Source of the DNA: Octopus sinensis
Lineage: Eukaryota
Assembly: GCF_006345805.1 (NCBI RefSeq)
Contig: NC_043013.1
Location: forward strand, 22,630,001 to 22,694,000
DNA length: 64,000 bases
Direction: 5' to 3'
Shown: positions 24,557 through 38,823 of the stretch, piece after piece
How the letters are laid out: each line of letters begins with the position of its first letter
Position numbering within the stretch: position 1 is the first letter of the stretch
Position numbers and translations under genes: made by a program
Notes under the pieces: generated by a model
Databases searched by the model: none
Seen by the model: only the letters and a program-made list of their open reading frames with translations
Told to the model about the DNA's origin: nothing

Positions 24557-25347
24557 TACAAGGAGAAATAAATTTTCCCAGGTCTCTGTTACATCTTTGG
24601 GTAGTTCCACCGGTTTTTTTACCTCAACCTTCATAGACTCAGGAAGTTGCTACCTTAAACACCACCACCACCACCACCACAACAACTGTGTTTTACCATG
24701 ATTTGGTCTTACTAACTTTATTGTTGTTCTTCTTTTTGTTTTTATCTGTCTGTCTGTCTGTCTTCTCTCTTTTTTTCTGATGTTCGAAATGCTTGTCTCT
24801 CTCTGTCAGTCTATATAACTATTTACTTACCTATATATCCATCTCTCTCTCTCTCTCTCTCTCTGTACCTATCTTTTTATCTTGCTGTGTGTGTGTGTGT
24901 TTGGAGAGGGGCTTGTGTTTATCTACCTGTCCATCCATCCATCCACCCCCTCATCTGTCTTTCTGCCTCTCTCCCCCCTCTCTCTCTCTCTCCTTCCCAA
25001 CCAATCTACACAAGTCTTTCTCTTCTTTTGATTTTGCCTCTTCTCTTTCTGCCTCAACCCCCCCCCCCAATTCTTACCTGTTACCATTTTCACTGTATTA
25101 ATGTTGTTCCTGTCCAGCAAAGGAGTCAGTATCAGATTGATGTGAAGACACAGGAATAATGGACATACACACACACACACACACACACACAGAGAAAAAA
25201 AAGTCCCTAAAATCAAACAAGAATTCTGGGTGAGTGACTGGCATGGTGGTGGTGGTGGGGCAGCTGTTTTGTACTTAAAATGGTGAGAAAAGAAAAGAAA
25301 AGAAAAAAAGAGGGAACACATGTATCACATACAACTCTGAAAAGACA

Positions 25348-25379
<32 letters not shown>

Positions 25380-25790
25380 TCCATATATAAGTGTGTGTGT
25401 GTGTGTGCTAACATATTAACACATAAATATATAACAAGTACAGACTACATTCATGTATAGTAAGGACACATAAAGGCAGTGCTCCAGCATGGTCTTAACT
25501 GTGATGGCTAAAATGGACTAAAGAACATGCAAACATTTGGGAAGGCATAAAAAATGCACACACACAAGTGTAAGTCTATGTACCATGTCATCCTGACATC
25601 CGACCTTTGAACTGTCTTTGACTTCAGAAAAGGAATTCAGTTTTCTTGGATCTTATCTCAAGATCACCGCTGACAGTTTTTCTATTTAAAAAAGAAAAGA
25701 AAAAGAGAAAAAAAATTACTTAAAGAAAAAAAACTTTAAACAAAAAGAAATTAAAGAACTAAAAACAAGAATAAAGAAAATAAACTGTAA
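24244..25790 (+). other. Putative long, microsatellite-rich 3' UTR with candidate AATAAA signals (~25770, ~25779)
   Basis: Follows the terminal stop codon; AATAAA hexamers sit in an A-rich stretch. The true end cannot be determined from sequence. Confidence 0.3.
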
Positions 25791-27169
25791 AAGGGGAAAA
25801 AAAAAATCTCCAATTTCTACAGAATTTATTTTTTGCCAAACTATCCATTTTAAAAAATGTTTTGTTTTAAAATAATTTAAGAAAATAACATCAAATTTGA
25901 AATATAAACTGAATGAAATGAAACAAAATGAAAAAGAGAATCAAAAAAATCAAAATAATGAAATTTTTATTATTATTATTATCATTATCATCGTTATTAT
26001 TGTTGTTGATTTTTTAAAAAATTTCATTTAAAAAATTTCATTTAAAAAAATAGGAATTCTTTTGATGAAGTTAATATTCTTAACGAGGGTAACACGGCAG
26101 AATCGTTGGCATTCTGGACAAAATGTTTGGCAGTGTTTTGTCCATCTTTTATGTTTTGAGTTTAGATTCCACCAAAGTTTGACCCTTGATAAAACCAACG
26201 CCCAGCTGAGCAGGGTAATCAATTTACCCTTCTAAAATTTCAGTCCTTGTGCCTGTGGTAGAAAGGAAGGGAGGGCGTGATAGAATTGGTGGAGCAACAG
26301 AATTCTTGGTTGAATTTCTTGGTTGAAACCCTACTGAGGTTAATCTTGCATTTCATCTTCCAGGGGCAATAAAAGAAAGGACCAGCCAAGTACTACTGGA
26401 CCAAGGATTGTCAGTCTGTGGTCTTGTAACAATGGAAAGGAATTAATGTTAGCAGGCAGTAGGGTGGCGGTGGTGTGTTCAGATTCTGCTTGTGTTGAAT
26501 TTGTTGTCCATCTTTCTAGTGTTTATCCATAAAATGAAGTCCCTACAGGTTTTCACTTTATATGAATTGGCCACATCAAAGATTCCAGACTCTGCTGTTT
26601 TGAAATCCTTATTAGGAGGACAAATGACTGAATCAGTAGCACAAGTGAAAATATCTTGGAATGTTAAGTTTACATCCATCTGTGTTCTGAGTTCAAATCC
26701 TGCCACGGTCAGCTTCAAATTTTATCCTTCAAGGGTTGATAAGTACCAGCCAAGTGCTGAAGTTAAGGAGTGTCTGATCTAATTGACTTCACCCCTGCCT
26801 TAAAATTTGTGGCCTTGTGCCTGTGCGAGAAATTCTTAATGTTGTGAGGGAGATGAGATGCCACACAGCGCAATGCTTAGGGATAAATTCCAGATAGCCA
26901 TCAACATTCTGGACTTCACCTTTTTCTATTGTGAGCTTTGCTTGTTATCACTCTGTGCAATATCAAGATTAAGGTATATCCACTTGACCATTGCCTTAAC
27001 TCCACTCTGGGCTCTTGTCGCCTTCTACCATCAAAGGAAATTGTTGTTGTTGCAAGTACTCTCCCTTACTGAGTTCAAATCCCTTTGAGATCAACTTTGT
27101 CAGTTTTGTTCTTCTAGGACTAACAAAATAAATAACAATGATATATACCCACCACTATTATTACTACTG

Positions 27170-27620
27170 AGTGAGAGAGCAGCGCATGGCATCAAAATGA
27201 TGCTGGGGTACACATATACAAAGCCCAATATACCCATCATGACTACCCATCTGATAAGGGTACATCAGGTACATGCATCACAACCATATGTGCACAACGT
27301 GGTGATCTCTTATCAAGATAAACAGCGCATGACCTTGCAGGTGGAGCCCAGTTAGAATTTTCTTCAGGCTGAGTAGCCCGTCCTGCTCAAAAGGTCCCTG
27401 AATAAGGGTTGTTTAAGGATGTTGAATCAAACAGCCCTGTTTCCGTGAATTATTCAAACCCCAAAGAATCCCTCTCAACACATGGCTATGATGCTCCCCA
27501 TCTACTCCTGTTCATGATCAGGGATGCACATATCATCAGCCCCTAATGGACATGCACAGCTGGTTAAAGTCAAGCGAATCTGCGGAATTGAGCAGAATAT
27601 TTGCTGGGTTGGCCAATTTG
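27170..27620. repeat. Interspersed repeat family E (second copy ~51975-52230)
   Basis: Shared CTCAAAAGGTCCCTGAATAAGG..GATGCACATATC block at both loci. Confidence 0.75.
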
Positions 27621-29229
27621 TCATGGTCTGAGTCAGTTCTTAGAGTTACTGTGCTCTTCCTGTGTATGCTCGAAGGACCAGATCTCATTTGTACATTATA
27701 TTTTGGTGTGATTAGATATATGTCCTGCAGATATGGATGTAGCATAGCCGAATGGTTAAGAAGTTCGCTTCTCAGTCAAAAGGTGCCGCATTCGATGCCA
27801 CTGCGTAGTGTCTTGGGCCTCGTGTTGACCCATGTCTCGCGAGTGAAATCGGGCTGACGGAAACTGTGTGGAAGCTTGTAGCAAGGACTGTGGTTGTCAT
27901 TTCAAGGCCTGGCTCTGTGGTGCTGATTCTACCTGGGAATTTCCTGTTTGTGGAAAGTCCAACAACTTCCACGTTTCACTCGTTCAGTGAGCAGGGAGGT
28001 CACTGAATCAAATAAGTCGATACATCGAGTGGACACCGACGACGATTCATTTACTTATGTCTCACAGATGTTGCCATCAGTCAAGATTGTGTCTCATTCG
28101 ACGGGGAAACCATTATTGACTGAATCATGTCATCACTTTGGTGGTCAAGACTTGTGTCAGACGTAATGCAGTGTCCCCACCGCCACTACCACTCACTGGA
28201 AAATGGCAAAGTACCAGTTTATATTCCCCCAAAACGGTGCATCTCATACACATCCACATAAAAGACAACCTTAAGAATGTATTACTTTCTTAAACTATTT
28301 CAATAATGATGTATTTATCTTTCCTTGATCCCTCTACTTCTGGGGCATGTCTCTCCCCGGCCCCACCACGTTCGATTTCTTCTTGAAAGTGGATGTATAA
28401 AAGAATCTGTTTCAGTACTGGGCTGGTTCTCTCTACACCGAAGGAATAAAAGGCAAAGTTGACTTCGACGTGATTTGAACTCGGTGCGCAGAGAGCCTGA
28501 TCAAATATCACAAGATATTCAGTCCGATGCTTTAGCATCTCTTCCAGTTCGATGCCATAACGTATCTATTATTAGCTAAGCGCAGATATGAAGCTGTTTG
28601 TCTGCTGCCACATCTAACGAAAGGTGATAAAAGTTCTATTGACTTTAGGACAGGAAGTCATGGCGAATCTTAATATTCACGTTTTCCCTTTCGGGCTGTT
28701 AATGAAGAGAAACGAAAGGAATCGACGAATAAACAGATTCATACATGAATAAACATGAAGAAAGAGTGATACAGTTTCATACCATAGCGACCACACTAAA
28801 AACTGATGTTTATCGAATTTTTTTTATTGATCTGCAACTACTTAAGAGTCAGGAAGACCGAAAAGTTGTATTGGCAAGTTACATTATGGGTTCAATATAC
28901 ATCACTGGCTGATATGGTTGACAAAGAAGTAGAAAATGTTCGATACCAATTTATGAGAGATAGAGACAGAAAAATCAATAAGTTGTGGCGCATGAAGCGA
29001 AAACTTGGCGAGGGTTTGCTACGAAAATTGTGTTTAGTGTATGGGTTTCTAAATAGTTATTTAAGGAGAAAGAGAGAAACATCTGCTGAGACAATAGCAT
29101 AAATGTATCCATTCCTTCATTTGAATTTCATTCACTAGAAAATATATGAACAGCAATGTTTACCAAAGTTCGGAAAAAATAAATTAGTCTGGGCTCAGAA
29201 CTCAACCAGATTAATGAAGTTCATATGCT

Positions 29230-31050
29230 TGTTCTTCAATTTGAATGGTCAAGGAAACGTGAGTGAGGAGAGAGTTGCAGATGATAGCAGTTGTTGAAAG
29301 GATGGACTGGGTGTGTTTTAAGCGTGAGATCTATGAAGGACTCGAGATCTGGACTCGTGTGATAGAATCTTCTGCGAGCTAGATTTGAGATGAAGCCGTT
29401 GTAGTACAAATGGAAGCAGATAGGAGAAATGGTATGCATGTGTGTAGTTGTAGTATGGTGGTGAGTGAATCTTCACCAATCTATAGATATTGCATCTTGG
29501 AATATTTGTGCATGTTTGTACCTGCAGTACAGTGACAGAAAGAAATTAGGGGTACATCAGAATTCATAGTCTAGATTGGAGACACAGCAGATCGCGTTAC
29601 CGGGTGAGAAAACCACCAATCAGAGATGAAAGAATGGATGGATCTGAGTTGCCAGTCTGGAATTGGAAGCGTTTAAAGTGATAAAAGAGGCGATTGCTGG
29701 TTCCATCGTCTTTAAATTTTCAGTAATAAGCAAGATTTGAAGGATTTAGTTGAAGAACAGGATTTGTTGCCTTTAGAGCAGGAATATACAGACGAGTTTT
29801 ATGTTGATTGGAATCGAATCCATCCGAGAGACTGCAAAGTTTGGGGCAGGTAGCAGCGAACTTTGAATGCCAGTGTTTGGAGGAAGACAATCAAGATCGG
29901 TTGTCGATTACAACGCGTGGAGGTGGAAGCAGAGCAGACGGATCGAACACGTGGGAAGTTCTTTCAGTGAGTCAATGTCTACAAAGTTTTGGTTGAGTGA
30001 GAAATTCTGGCGAAGATTTTCTTCGCAAGAAACCAGAAATCTTTGCTGCACATTGGGGAGCTAACGATGAACGAAGGCCTTCCTTGCTTTTCTGAGAGTA
30101 ATCTTGTAGACATTGTGGAGTTGAGTAAAAACTGAAAAACAGTCCCCACTACTTCTAGTTAGAAATAGTGGGGACTGCTCCCACATGTTGCAGGCCATAT
30201 TCTTTACACTGATGCAACTTCAATGTGAATAAGCCCCTTTGTCAGTGTGATGATCTTTGGTTAGGAGATGTAATGGTTCTCGTCACATTTGCTACCAAAT
30301 TACTAGAATAGCTAAGGTTTAACGTAAGCCGTGTAAAAGCTAGTTTCTGGAAGACTAGGAGTCTGATGAATGTGAAGTAAGATCGGGTCGAGAGATAGCC
30401 AAACGTTTGCTGATGAGCGGAGTCATGTGGAATAGCGACAGCAGATTGATTCGGTAAAAGAGAAAGACTTCAAGTCAGTGATTGGAAGCCGTTGAAGCTG
30501 AATTCCAGGCGGACACACTACATTTCTGAGCCAAATTAGAATGTTTAATGTGTAGCGGAAAAGAGAGCTATATCTCAGAGAGAGAGAAAAACAGAGTGGT
30601 TTGGTGGAAGTAGCGTTTAGGTAGAGTCAATATTCAGAAATGTGTAGAAAAAGGGAAATTGTTCAGCGATTTTTTTTTGTTTAATGTTCGGCTCATAATA
30701 TACGTGCTCGCTGTCAGAAGATGAAGTCGGAAGCAATGAATCAGTACATCGTATTATCTCTAAAACCAGTTGTATTGTTTAACTCCAGATCTTATTGCGT
30801 GGACATACCGCAAGATTTTCAAGTGTCACTATCCCGTCAGTGTTGCAGTATACAGAACTACTAACTCATATTCTCTGCCTTTTCTCCACTTAAAAGAAGA
30901 GTAGGGTGTAATTTGGGGGCTTGTATTTCTCATTGATCGGAGCACTTTCTTTATCTCGAAAGTGTTAGTATTAAAACGGGCAGCCTGTTAGGCTTGCGAG
31001 ATAGATCGAGGCATGGAGTTAATACTGCTTACTGACATTAATTCTGGGAT
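29230..31050 (-). pseudogene. Highly decayed APE-type LINE remnants (endonuclease-like and RT-like scraps)
   Basis: IGED.SHH-like and FIDLTL...DH-like endonuclease motifs near 29240-29490; weak RT-like peptides at 30400-31000. Many stops and non-collinear order. Confidence 0.35.
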
Positions 31051-32242
31051 TTAAATACTACTCGATGACTAAATAGCAGTAAAGATGATGACGTATAACG
31101 GTTGAATGTCTTTCGTCTAGCGCCACCAAGCTTTTTTTTCTTTTTCTTTTCCTTTGGCCAAGATGAAAACCCCCTTCGTATATCCTGTGAGACCAGCGCT
31201 TCTTGAATAGGTGCAAAAGGACAACCACAGGAAACACAAGACATAGGCCCCACTCCATATCACGAAAAAGCAAGATTCGTATCCTTCCTCTCCATTCAGT
31301 GACGTCTAAAATATACTTAGAATATCATAAAACGATTTGACAAACCAGATAATTCCTTGTTGCAGCCATGAAATCGACACCGCTTTGCTTTTCGCCCTAC
31401 ATAGCTTTGCCTTGGTAGGGTTGATGAAATAAAATGGAAACAAACGGTTCCACTTGTATATTTGTGTGTAGGCAGGCAGCTGCGTATACCTCTGCCAATT
31501 GTCGCCTTTGGTATTCGTTACAAAAGTTAGTAAAAGTGGATCGTAATCTGCCAGATGTGTCTGACGATAGAAGTATCGGTAACGGTGGCATCGAAATCCA
31601 GAGAGCAGCCGGACGGATTTGGAAGGTCATCGCGTTCGAGCATTTGCTGCAGTCTGATGGAATTCAAGATTGCCGATATGACACACACAAGACGCTTTAA
31701 CCGTAGCCAACACTGCTGAATGACTGGTACCATGACTGCTGCTGACGGAACTGGGAATGAGACGCTCGCCACCATGTCAGATGCAAGTGTAAATAAATTA
31801 CAGTCGGTGAATGATGATGGCGGTGATGATGATGGCGATGATGATGATAGTGATGGTGGTGGTGGTGGTGATACATCCCATTCAGCCTACCGCTGCCAGC
31901 TTCAAAATTCCCTCTCAATGGAGTTCAAATTTTTCCGACAGCAATTAGTCGTTTAGAGTGATCTCCCTTGAAACGTGAGACGACCACACAAAACCAATCT
32001 CCGCAACGTCGGCTTCATGTAATTATACTTTACTTTCCAATGCGCGCGCGCGTGTGTGTGTGTGAGCAGTTTATTCTTATTCTTTTACTGGTTCCAGTCA
32101 CTGAACCGCTGTCATGCTCATCCCATAAACCACAGCATTCAATTTGATTTCTGTTCATCAAACGCCCAAAATACTTTCTGGCGTAAAACACCGCCGCTCG
32201 ATGCATTGTTTTACATGAAACCTCACAAACACGTATATAGTA

Positions 32243-32638
32243 CTAGCAGTATCGCCCGGCGTTGCTCGGGTTTGTAAGGGAAATAACTATATAAGCATTT
32301 TTAGAGAGTTATAGCCAAAAAATAGCCAAAAAATGCATTAAAAATGGAAAAAAAATTATGGTAATTTTTTTTTAAATCGTTGACTCATTGTAGACATTTT
32401 TAGAGAGTTACTTCCCTTATATAATAGCGAAAAAATGCATTAAAATAGAAAAAATGATGGTAAATTATTTTTTAAATCGTAGACTCATCGTAGACGCTCG
32501 CTAATACCCAGAAGGGCTCGATATGAATCACGACTATAAGATACCCGGTTTTAGTTAAACTGCACCGCAAAATGTGATGGTAGTTAGGAATCTAAATCGT
32601 AGGAGACAGGCACACAACTTGACTTTTATATATAAAGA
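32243..32638 (-). mobile_element. Non-autonomous Helitron (~396 bp)
   Basis: Minus strand starts A|TCTTTATATATAAAAG and ends with hairpin CCCGAGCAACGCCGGG + ATACTG + CTAG|T; internal degenerate tandem duplication. Confidence 0.82.
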
Positions 32639-32871
32639 TATGAGAGATATAAGACCCGTTTGCACAAGTATACACAAAACAAAATATATGACATCTTCTG
32701 CCAGTCACATTCCTATTACAAGACATTGCTAGGTAAACTTAACGGCCACAATAGAAATACTTGCTCAGGAGGTCGTATAGCGGGATCGAAACCGGAACCA
32801 TCTAAGAAAGTTTGTAATTACTTGAAAAAGCTTGTGCCTCACTGTTTATATACATTTTATACTGAGGCGTT

Positions 32872-33122
32872 GTGGAGGCGCGTGGCTTAGTGGTTAGGGT
32901 GTCAGCATCATGATCGTAAGATTGTGGTTTCGATTCCTGGACCGGGCGACGCGTTGTGATCTTGAGCAAAACACTTCATTTCACGTTGCTCCAGTCCACT
33001 CAGCTGGCAAAAATGAGTAACGCTGCGATGGACTGGCGTCCCGTCTAGCTGGGGAACACATACGCCATAGAAACCGGGAAACCGGGCCCATGGGCTTGGC
33101 TAGGCTTTAAAAGGGCGCATTT
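32872..33122 (+). mobile_element. SINE family C (GGAGGCGCGTGGCTTAGTGG head)
   Basis: A box TGGCTTAGTGG, B box GTTTCGATTCC, CTTGAGCAAAACACTT core. Confidence 0.85.
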
Positions 33123-33133
33123 ATTTTATGCTG

Positions 33134-33577
33134 AGGCGTAGCTGTCGGGTAAGAAACTTGCTTGCCAACCACATGCTTCCGCGTTCAGGCACGGCAAAGT
33201 GTCTTTTATTATACCCTCGGACCAAAACCAAAGCCTTGTGAGTGGATTCGGTAGACGGAAACTGAAAGAAGCCCGCCGTATATATACATACACACACACA
33301 TACATACATACATACATACATACATACGCACACACACTCACATGCATACATACATACATACATACATACGCGTGTGTGTGTTTGCCCTCTCAGCTATCAC
33401 TTGACAACTGGTGCTGGTTTGTTTATATCCCCGTAACCTCGCGGTTCGGCAAAAGAAATAGAATAAGCACCAGTCTTTAAAAAAAGTGCTGGAGGTCAAT
33501 TCATTCGACCAAAAGTTCTTCAAGACAGTGCCCCAGCATGGCCGCAGTCTAATAAGTGAAGCAAGTGAAAGATAAAA
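33134..33577 (+). mobile_element. SINE family A, diverged
   Basis: Family A body with internal ATAC microsatellite. Confidence 0.8.
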
Positions 33578-33680
33578 GGTTACAGCAACCGGACTTTGGC
33601 CACGCAGCATCAATTACATGTGGAAATAAAGAATAAAGGAGAGAAATGTATTATCTACATGTCTGTCTGTCAGTCTGTCC

Positions 33681-33718
<38 letters not shown>

Positions 33719-33803
33719 TTCTCTCTCTCTTACTCTCACTCCATCTCTGTCTGTCTGTCTGTATTTCTGTCTATCTATCTGCATACAAATATCCCGCTAC
33801 CTT

Positions 33804-33834
<31 letters not shown>

Positions 33835-34279
33835 CCTTAGAAAAGCAGAGGTGGAGTGAACCATTTTGCGACAAAGTCATTAAAATCAATTTCAAAGTCT
33901 GAGAAATGCATTTTGGAAATAAAGGAGTGAAAAGAGAAAGGAGACAAAGCAAACAGGATATTTATTAATAATATCCTTTCATCGGAGACGGTGTGAGAGG
34001 ATGGTTAAGTCATAGCTAGTTTATATGTGATGCAAAATAGAGAGTGAGGTGGAGGAAAGAAAATAGATGCAAGATATGTAGGGATATTGAATTTGTAGAT
34101 CCATTTTTTAGGCAGAATGGTATATATGTAGTATTCCAATACCTTATGAGTAAAGTCCAACAGAATTTAAAATGGGTCCTTCCGAATATTGAGTTTATAC
34201 ACAATGTAAGATTCCAATGCCTTATGAGTGAGATCCTGCAGTTTTTAAACTTGGCCATTCCAAGATATATATATATATA

Positions 34280-34985
34280 TAGTAGCAAGAGTGGCTATAT
34301 ATGTAGCAAGAGTGGCTATCCGAGCAGTTGAGGGCATGTCTGAGAGGGCCACTATGAAAAGCAGTGGAACACCGCTCATTATTTGTGTTTTCATTGAGGT
34401 GGCACCATTGGCCACTACTGCCTGACTCCTATCTTTGAGGAAGTCATGTAACCACTCTCCAAGTTTTCCAGCTATGCCAAGGTTTGTGGTATACCATACC
34501 ATGATCCGCTTTGTCAAAAGCTTTTGCAAAATCAAGCTATATTACGTCCACATTTGAGTTGTTGAGTAACTGCCTCAACACACAGTCATAATGTTGTAAG
34601 AGCTGGGTCGGGCAGCTCCTACCTGGTCGAAAACCATGCAAGTTATTTTCTTTAAGGAATGCGATTACTTTCCCTCTGACTATCCGTTCCATGTCTTTGT
34701 TGATGTGTGAAGTCAGAGAGATAGGCCCATAGTTTTTGGCATCTGCTCTGCTTCCCCCTTTATGGATTGGGCATATTATTCCCTCCTTCAGCTTGCTTGG
34801 CCATTTGCAAGAAAGCTCTGAAAGAGAATCTGGAGGGGTTTTGTCAGGGCATGCTTACACGATTTGAGGAGGATTGCTGGGAAACCATCAGGACCAGCAG
34901 TTTGTGTCCACTTTATCTATGGCTTGTAGTATATCGTCTTCGCTAATGCCAATGATTCCATCGTAACTGCCTCGCTGGTTATAGG
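34280..34985 (-). pseudogene. Degenerate CR1-like LINE RT fragment
   Basis: Peptides ICPIHKGGSRADAKNYGPISLTS, HGFRPGRSCPTQLL, LDFAKAFDKADH, WLHDFLKDRSQAVVANG..SGVP, with stops and frameshifts. Confidence 0.85.
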
Positions 34986-35033
34986 TGAGGCGGTATGTTC
35001 AGTTGTCTGTGTTCCAACGGGGTGGAACACAGA

Positions 35034-35422
35034 CTAAACACAGAGGGGACAAACAAGGGCAGACAAACGGATTAAGTCGATTATATCGACCCCAGTGCGT
35101 AACTGGTACTTTATTTATCGACCCCGAAAGGATGAAAGGCAAAGTCGACCTCGGCGGAATTTGAACTCAGAATGTAACGGCAGACGAAATACCTATTTCT
35201 TTACTACCCACAAGGAGCTAAACACAGAGGGGACAAACAAGGGCAGACAAACGGATTAAGTCGATTATATCGACCCCAGTGCGTAACTGGTACTTAATTT
35301 ATCGACCCCGAAAGGATGAAAGGCAAAGTCGACCTCGGCGGAATTTGAACTTAGAATGCAACGGCAGACGAAATTCGGCTACGCATTTCGCCCGGCGTGC
35401 TAACGTTTCTGCCAGCTCGCCG

Positions 35423-35424
<2 letters not shown>
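35034..35424 (-). mobile_element. SINE family B tandem dimer (full copy plus 5'-truncated copy)
   Basis: ~160-bp direct repeat at 35034-35192 and 35218-35375; head GGCGGCGAGCTGGCAGAA on the minus strand. Confidence 0.88.
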
Positions 35425-35465
<41 letters not shown>

Positions 35466-36797
35466 TATATATATACACACACACATATACATGCACATAT
35501 TTTTCTATATATGTGTGTATGTATATTTGTGTGAATAAATGTGTGTGTGTGTGTGTCTCCAAGTATACATGTCTGTGGTCCAGATAATGATTTCGAAGAA
35601 GTGGAGTTCGTTCAGTGCATGTCACATCCACACTATTTTCTTCAGCGTAATGTACAGCAACGTCTAAAAATACATTGGATTTCGTCAGAAGTGGTTTTCG
35701 AACGTCCATCAGAACAGGGGAACGACCACAAGTACTGGTTCGACAGAGTGGCAGAACATACTTACAGGGCTTGTGAGCTTAGCTTAATTGCGTTTGTTAC
35801 TTAAAGTATAGGCAATGAATAATATTAGGTAGAAGTCTAGGGTGGCTGACAGGCGGAATCGTTAGCACGCCAAGGAAAATGCTTAGCGTTCTGAGTTCGA
35901 TATCCGCCGAGGCCCGCTTTACCTTTCATCCTTTCGGGGTCGATAAATTAAGGACTTGTTGAGACTGGTATCGATGTAACCCCTCTTCTAAAATTGCTGG
36001 CCTCGTGCCAAAATTTCAAACTTCATAATAGGGAGAAAAATCTGAGAAACCGCGCTGCGTTTTTAGAAAAGGTACTCAAAGACAATTGCTTGTCCTTTAT
36101 AATCTGGTCAGCACGGAGCGGTTGGCGGACGACTAATTTAGTAGAAGTGTTATGCTAAGAAACAGCGATGGCTGAAGCCCCACCCCACCCCACACACACC
36201 TTGAAAAAACAATAAATAAATACAAAGAAGAATAAGAAATATGGTTTTCATAAATTCTTGCTGGAATATCAGAATGAAAATAGCTTTGTAGGTAATCGAG
36301 GATTGCACAGATGTTCTCTTGATATCATCGCAGTGTCGGAAGATCGTCATTGTGCGGAAGGAAGTTGTAAGGAACGATGATATGCTTTCTTCTGGAACGG
36401 TAAGCATGTGTTTGTAGAGAGTGAATCAGAAATTGTTTTGTGGTAAAATATTGAACTGGTTTTCGCTATTATATATCTGAAAGAATCCCGGTTCTGTGAG
36501 TTTCCTCTTGACAAAAGCCTCTGATCTTTTGTTAGTGCCTATATTCTAACCATGGAAACCGCTAATTAGGAAATTGGTAAGTTTTATTCTGAGTTGAAAA
36601 TATAAGATCAAAAAGCTATCATCTCTGTGTACAAAATAATTGTTTTGTGTAATTTTGCTGCTAGAGTCGGAAGGGTCCATACAAAATGGAAGGTTCACGG
36701 TAAAAAACGTTTGGCTAAACTTGAAATCTAAGCTTTATGTTACCAAAAAATTACTATTTTTAAATCTCACAAGAGATATTCAGCAACAGTACTTTGG

Positions 36798-37014
36798 AGT
36801 AAAGATTGTTTGCCAACATAACATGGAAGTCCTGGTTTAGGACGAATGTTGCTGTAATTTAACCCCAGGAGACATCGTCTCCAGCTAGATTCCCTTGTTC
36901 GAAAATATAAGGACACAGATCGTGTCGTATAGCCTGCTGGAGACGATGTCTCCTGGGGCTAAATTACAGCAACATTAGTCCTAAACCATGTTGTGTTGGC
37001 AAACAATCTTTACT
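36798..37014. repeat. Inverted repeat (arms 36798-36885 and 36936-37014, ~50-nt spacer)
   Basis: Arms are reverse complements apart from a 9-nt insertion and a few substitutions. Confidence 0.88.
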
Positions 37015-37559
37015 TTATGTTACCAGTCTTGAAATGCTCTGATGTGAAGAAGGAAGACTCTAAGACAGGTTCGATGCAATGAAGAAATAAAGCTTCTTTT
37101 ATATCAAAAATTAATAAACACGACTTTACTTAATTGCATCCAGGCAAATACCAGGAAGGCTGAAATCCAAGAAAATGCGAATGCAAGCGACTGAAATACG
37201 ATTTAGAATCTTTAAGCTCCGCAACATGTATAATCATTTGCAACTTTTATTGCGAACACAATTACCAAATAAATTTAACGAATTAAGAAACGGCAAGAAA
37301 GAGCGCCATGCCAAGCCATCCTATGCTCACTTCAGTTATTTCGACGGGATTAAAACAGCATCCTGTCAAAGACGTGCTTGGGAACATTCTTGTACTTGAG
37401 GAAATAACCAAGCTTTTAGAAAAAGGAATTATGGGAAAGCACTCAGCCCTGATAAAACTAATTCCTTAAATTAGGCCGACTGTAAACAAATTGTATTATG
37501 AAGTGTAAGTCTTGGTCAGGCCTGAAAGATTCTCCTGGATTGAAGGAATGCGCCGCTTA

Positions 37560-38260
37560 TCTCTCTCTGTTCAAAATAGATGTTTATCGGGGAATTATTT
37601 TACTCTCCACTCTAGGGAAGATAGTTGCCAGTGTCCTTCTAAATCGTTTAATTATATCAGTTATTCTTACGAATCTCAATGTCTCTTTTACTGTGAAAGT
37701 AACACAATTGTCAATAACAGGAAATGTGCATCGAACAAAGCCTCAGAGGTTATCAATGTCCATCGACCGTAAAAAGCTTTCAACACTGTTAATCTTGAAA
37801 TGCCCTGGACTCAAATACAGTCTGTACTCAATCTTGGTTGCCTTCCCCAATTCATACAACTCATTGATCCCGACATGATGCTATGAGCCCATGATGAACT
37901 TCGAGAGAGATCTCTCAGCCTCTATAGCAATCACAATGCAGGATTATATTCGTGAACCACAGCTTTTCAGAATGCTTTTTTTATGCAATAGTTTTGATGA
38001 TTGTTTTTGAAATGAATGGAAATGGAATCTAGTTCCGCTTAGTTATCTACCAATAAATTCTCTCAATCTGCGCCGAACACAAATATGCTGACAGGTTTCC
38101 TATGTCACTACGCTATGCCATTGAGTGTAACCCAGTAACACACACTTAGTAACAGATGCAGGATCTGCCACTTCAAAACAAATTCGATCTTTGTCCTTAT
38201 AAGTGTAAATAAGATAATTATCATGAATCAATCAGCTGCAGGCAAAACGTTTGTGAAACC
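37560..38260 (+). pseudogene. Degenerate RTE-clade LINE RT fragment
   Basis: YRGIILLSTLGKIVASVLLNRLI followed by ESQC-like motif, typical of RTE RT domains 1-2; decayed downstream. Confidence 0.7.
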
Positions 38261-38731
38261 AGATTTGCTTGATTTACGGTCAATGTGTTAAGGATGCGAG
38301 ATCAGTTAATCCGCTACTTTTGAAGCAGATTCTCGAAAGATGAAAGATTAGAAAATGAAATCTCCCCGAGGCTGGAAGAAGAAGCAACCTTCTGCAGAAT
38401 AGTACTATACCAACACGGTGGCAAGGTATCAAAGAATTGTAACCCAGCGTATACACGAGCGCGCTTTTGCGCGTGTGTGTATGTATGTATGTATGTATGT
38501 ATTATGTATGTATGTATATATGTATATATAGATATCCAAGTCTGCATTGTAGTCTTTGCGTGTTTGTAAATATATGTATTTTATATGTTTCTATCTATAT
38601 GTTTATAAATGATTTCCTAGACGACTACGCACCTACTTAACCACGTACTTACCTATCTACCCACCTACCTACTAACCTAACTACTTACATACATAAACAC
38701 ACAAACGCACGCACTCACGCGCAAACGCACG

Positions 38732-38823
<92 letters not shown>

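Noticed and set aside
27948-28166. 72-aa ORF and CpG-richer stretches here and at 31400-31700
   Set aside because: No recognisable domain or splice structure; probably decayed transposon sequence.
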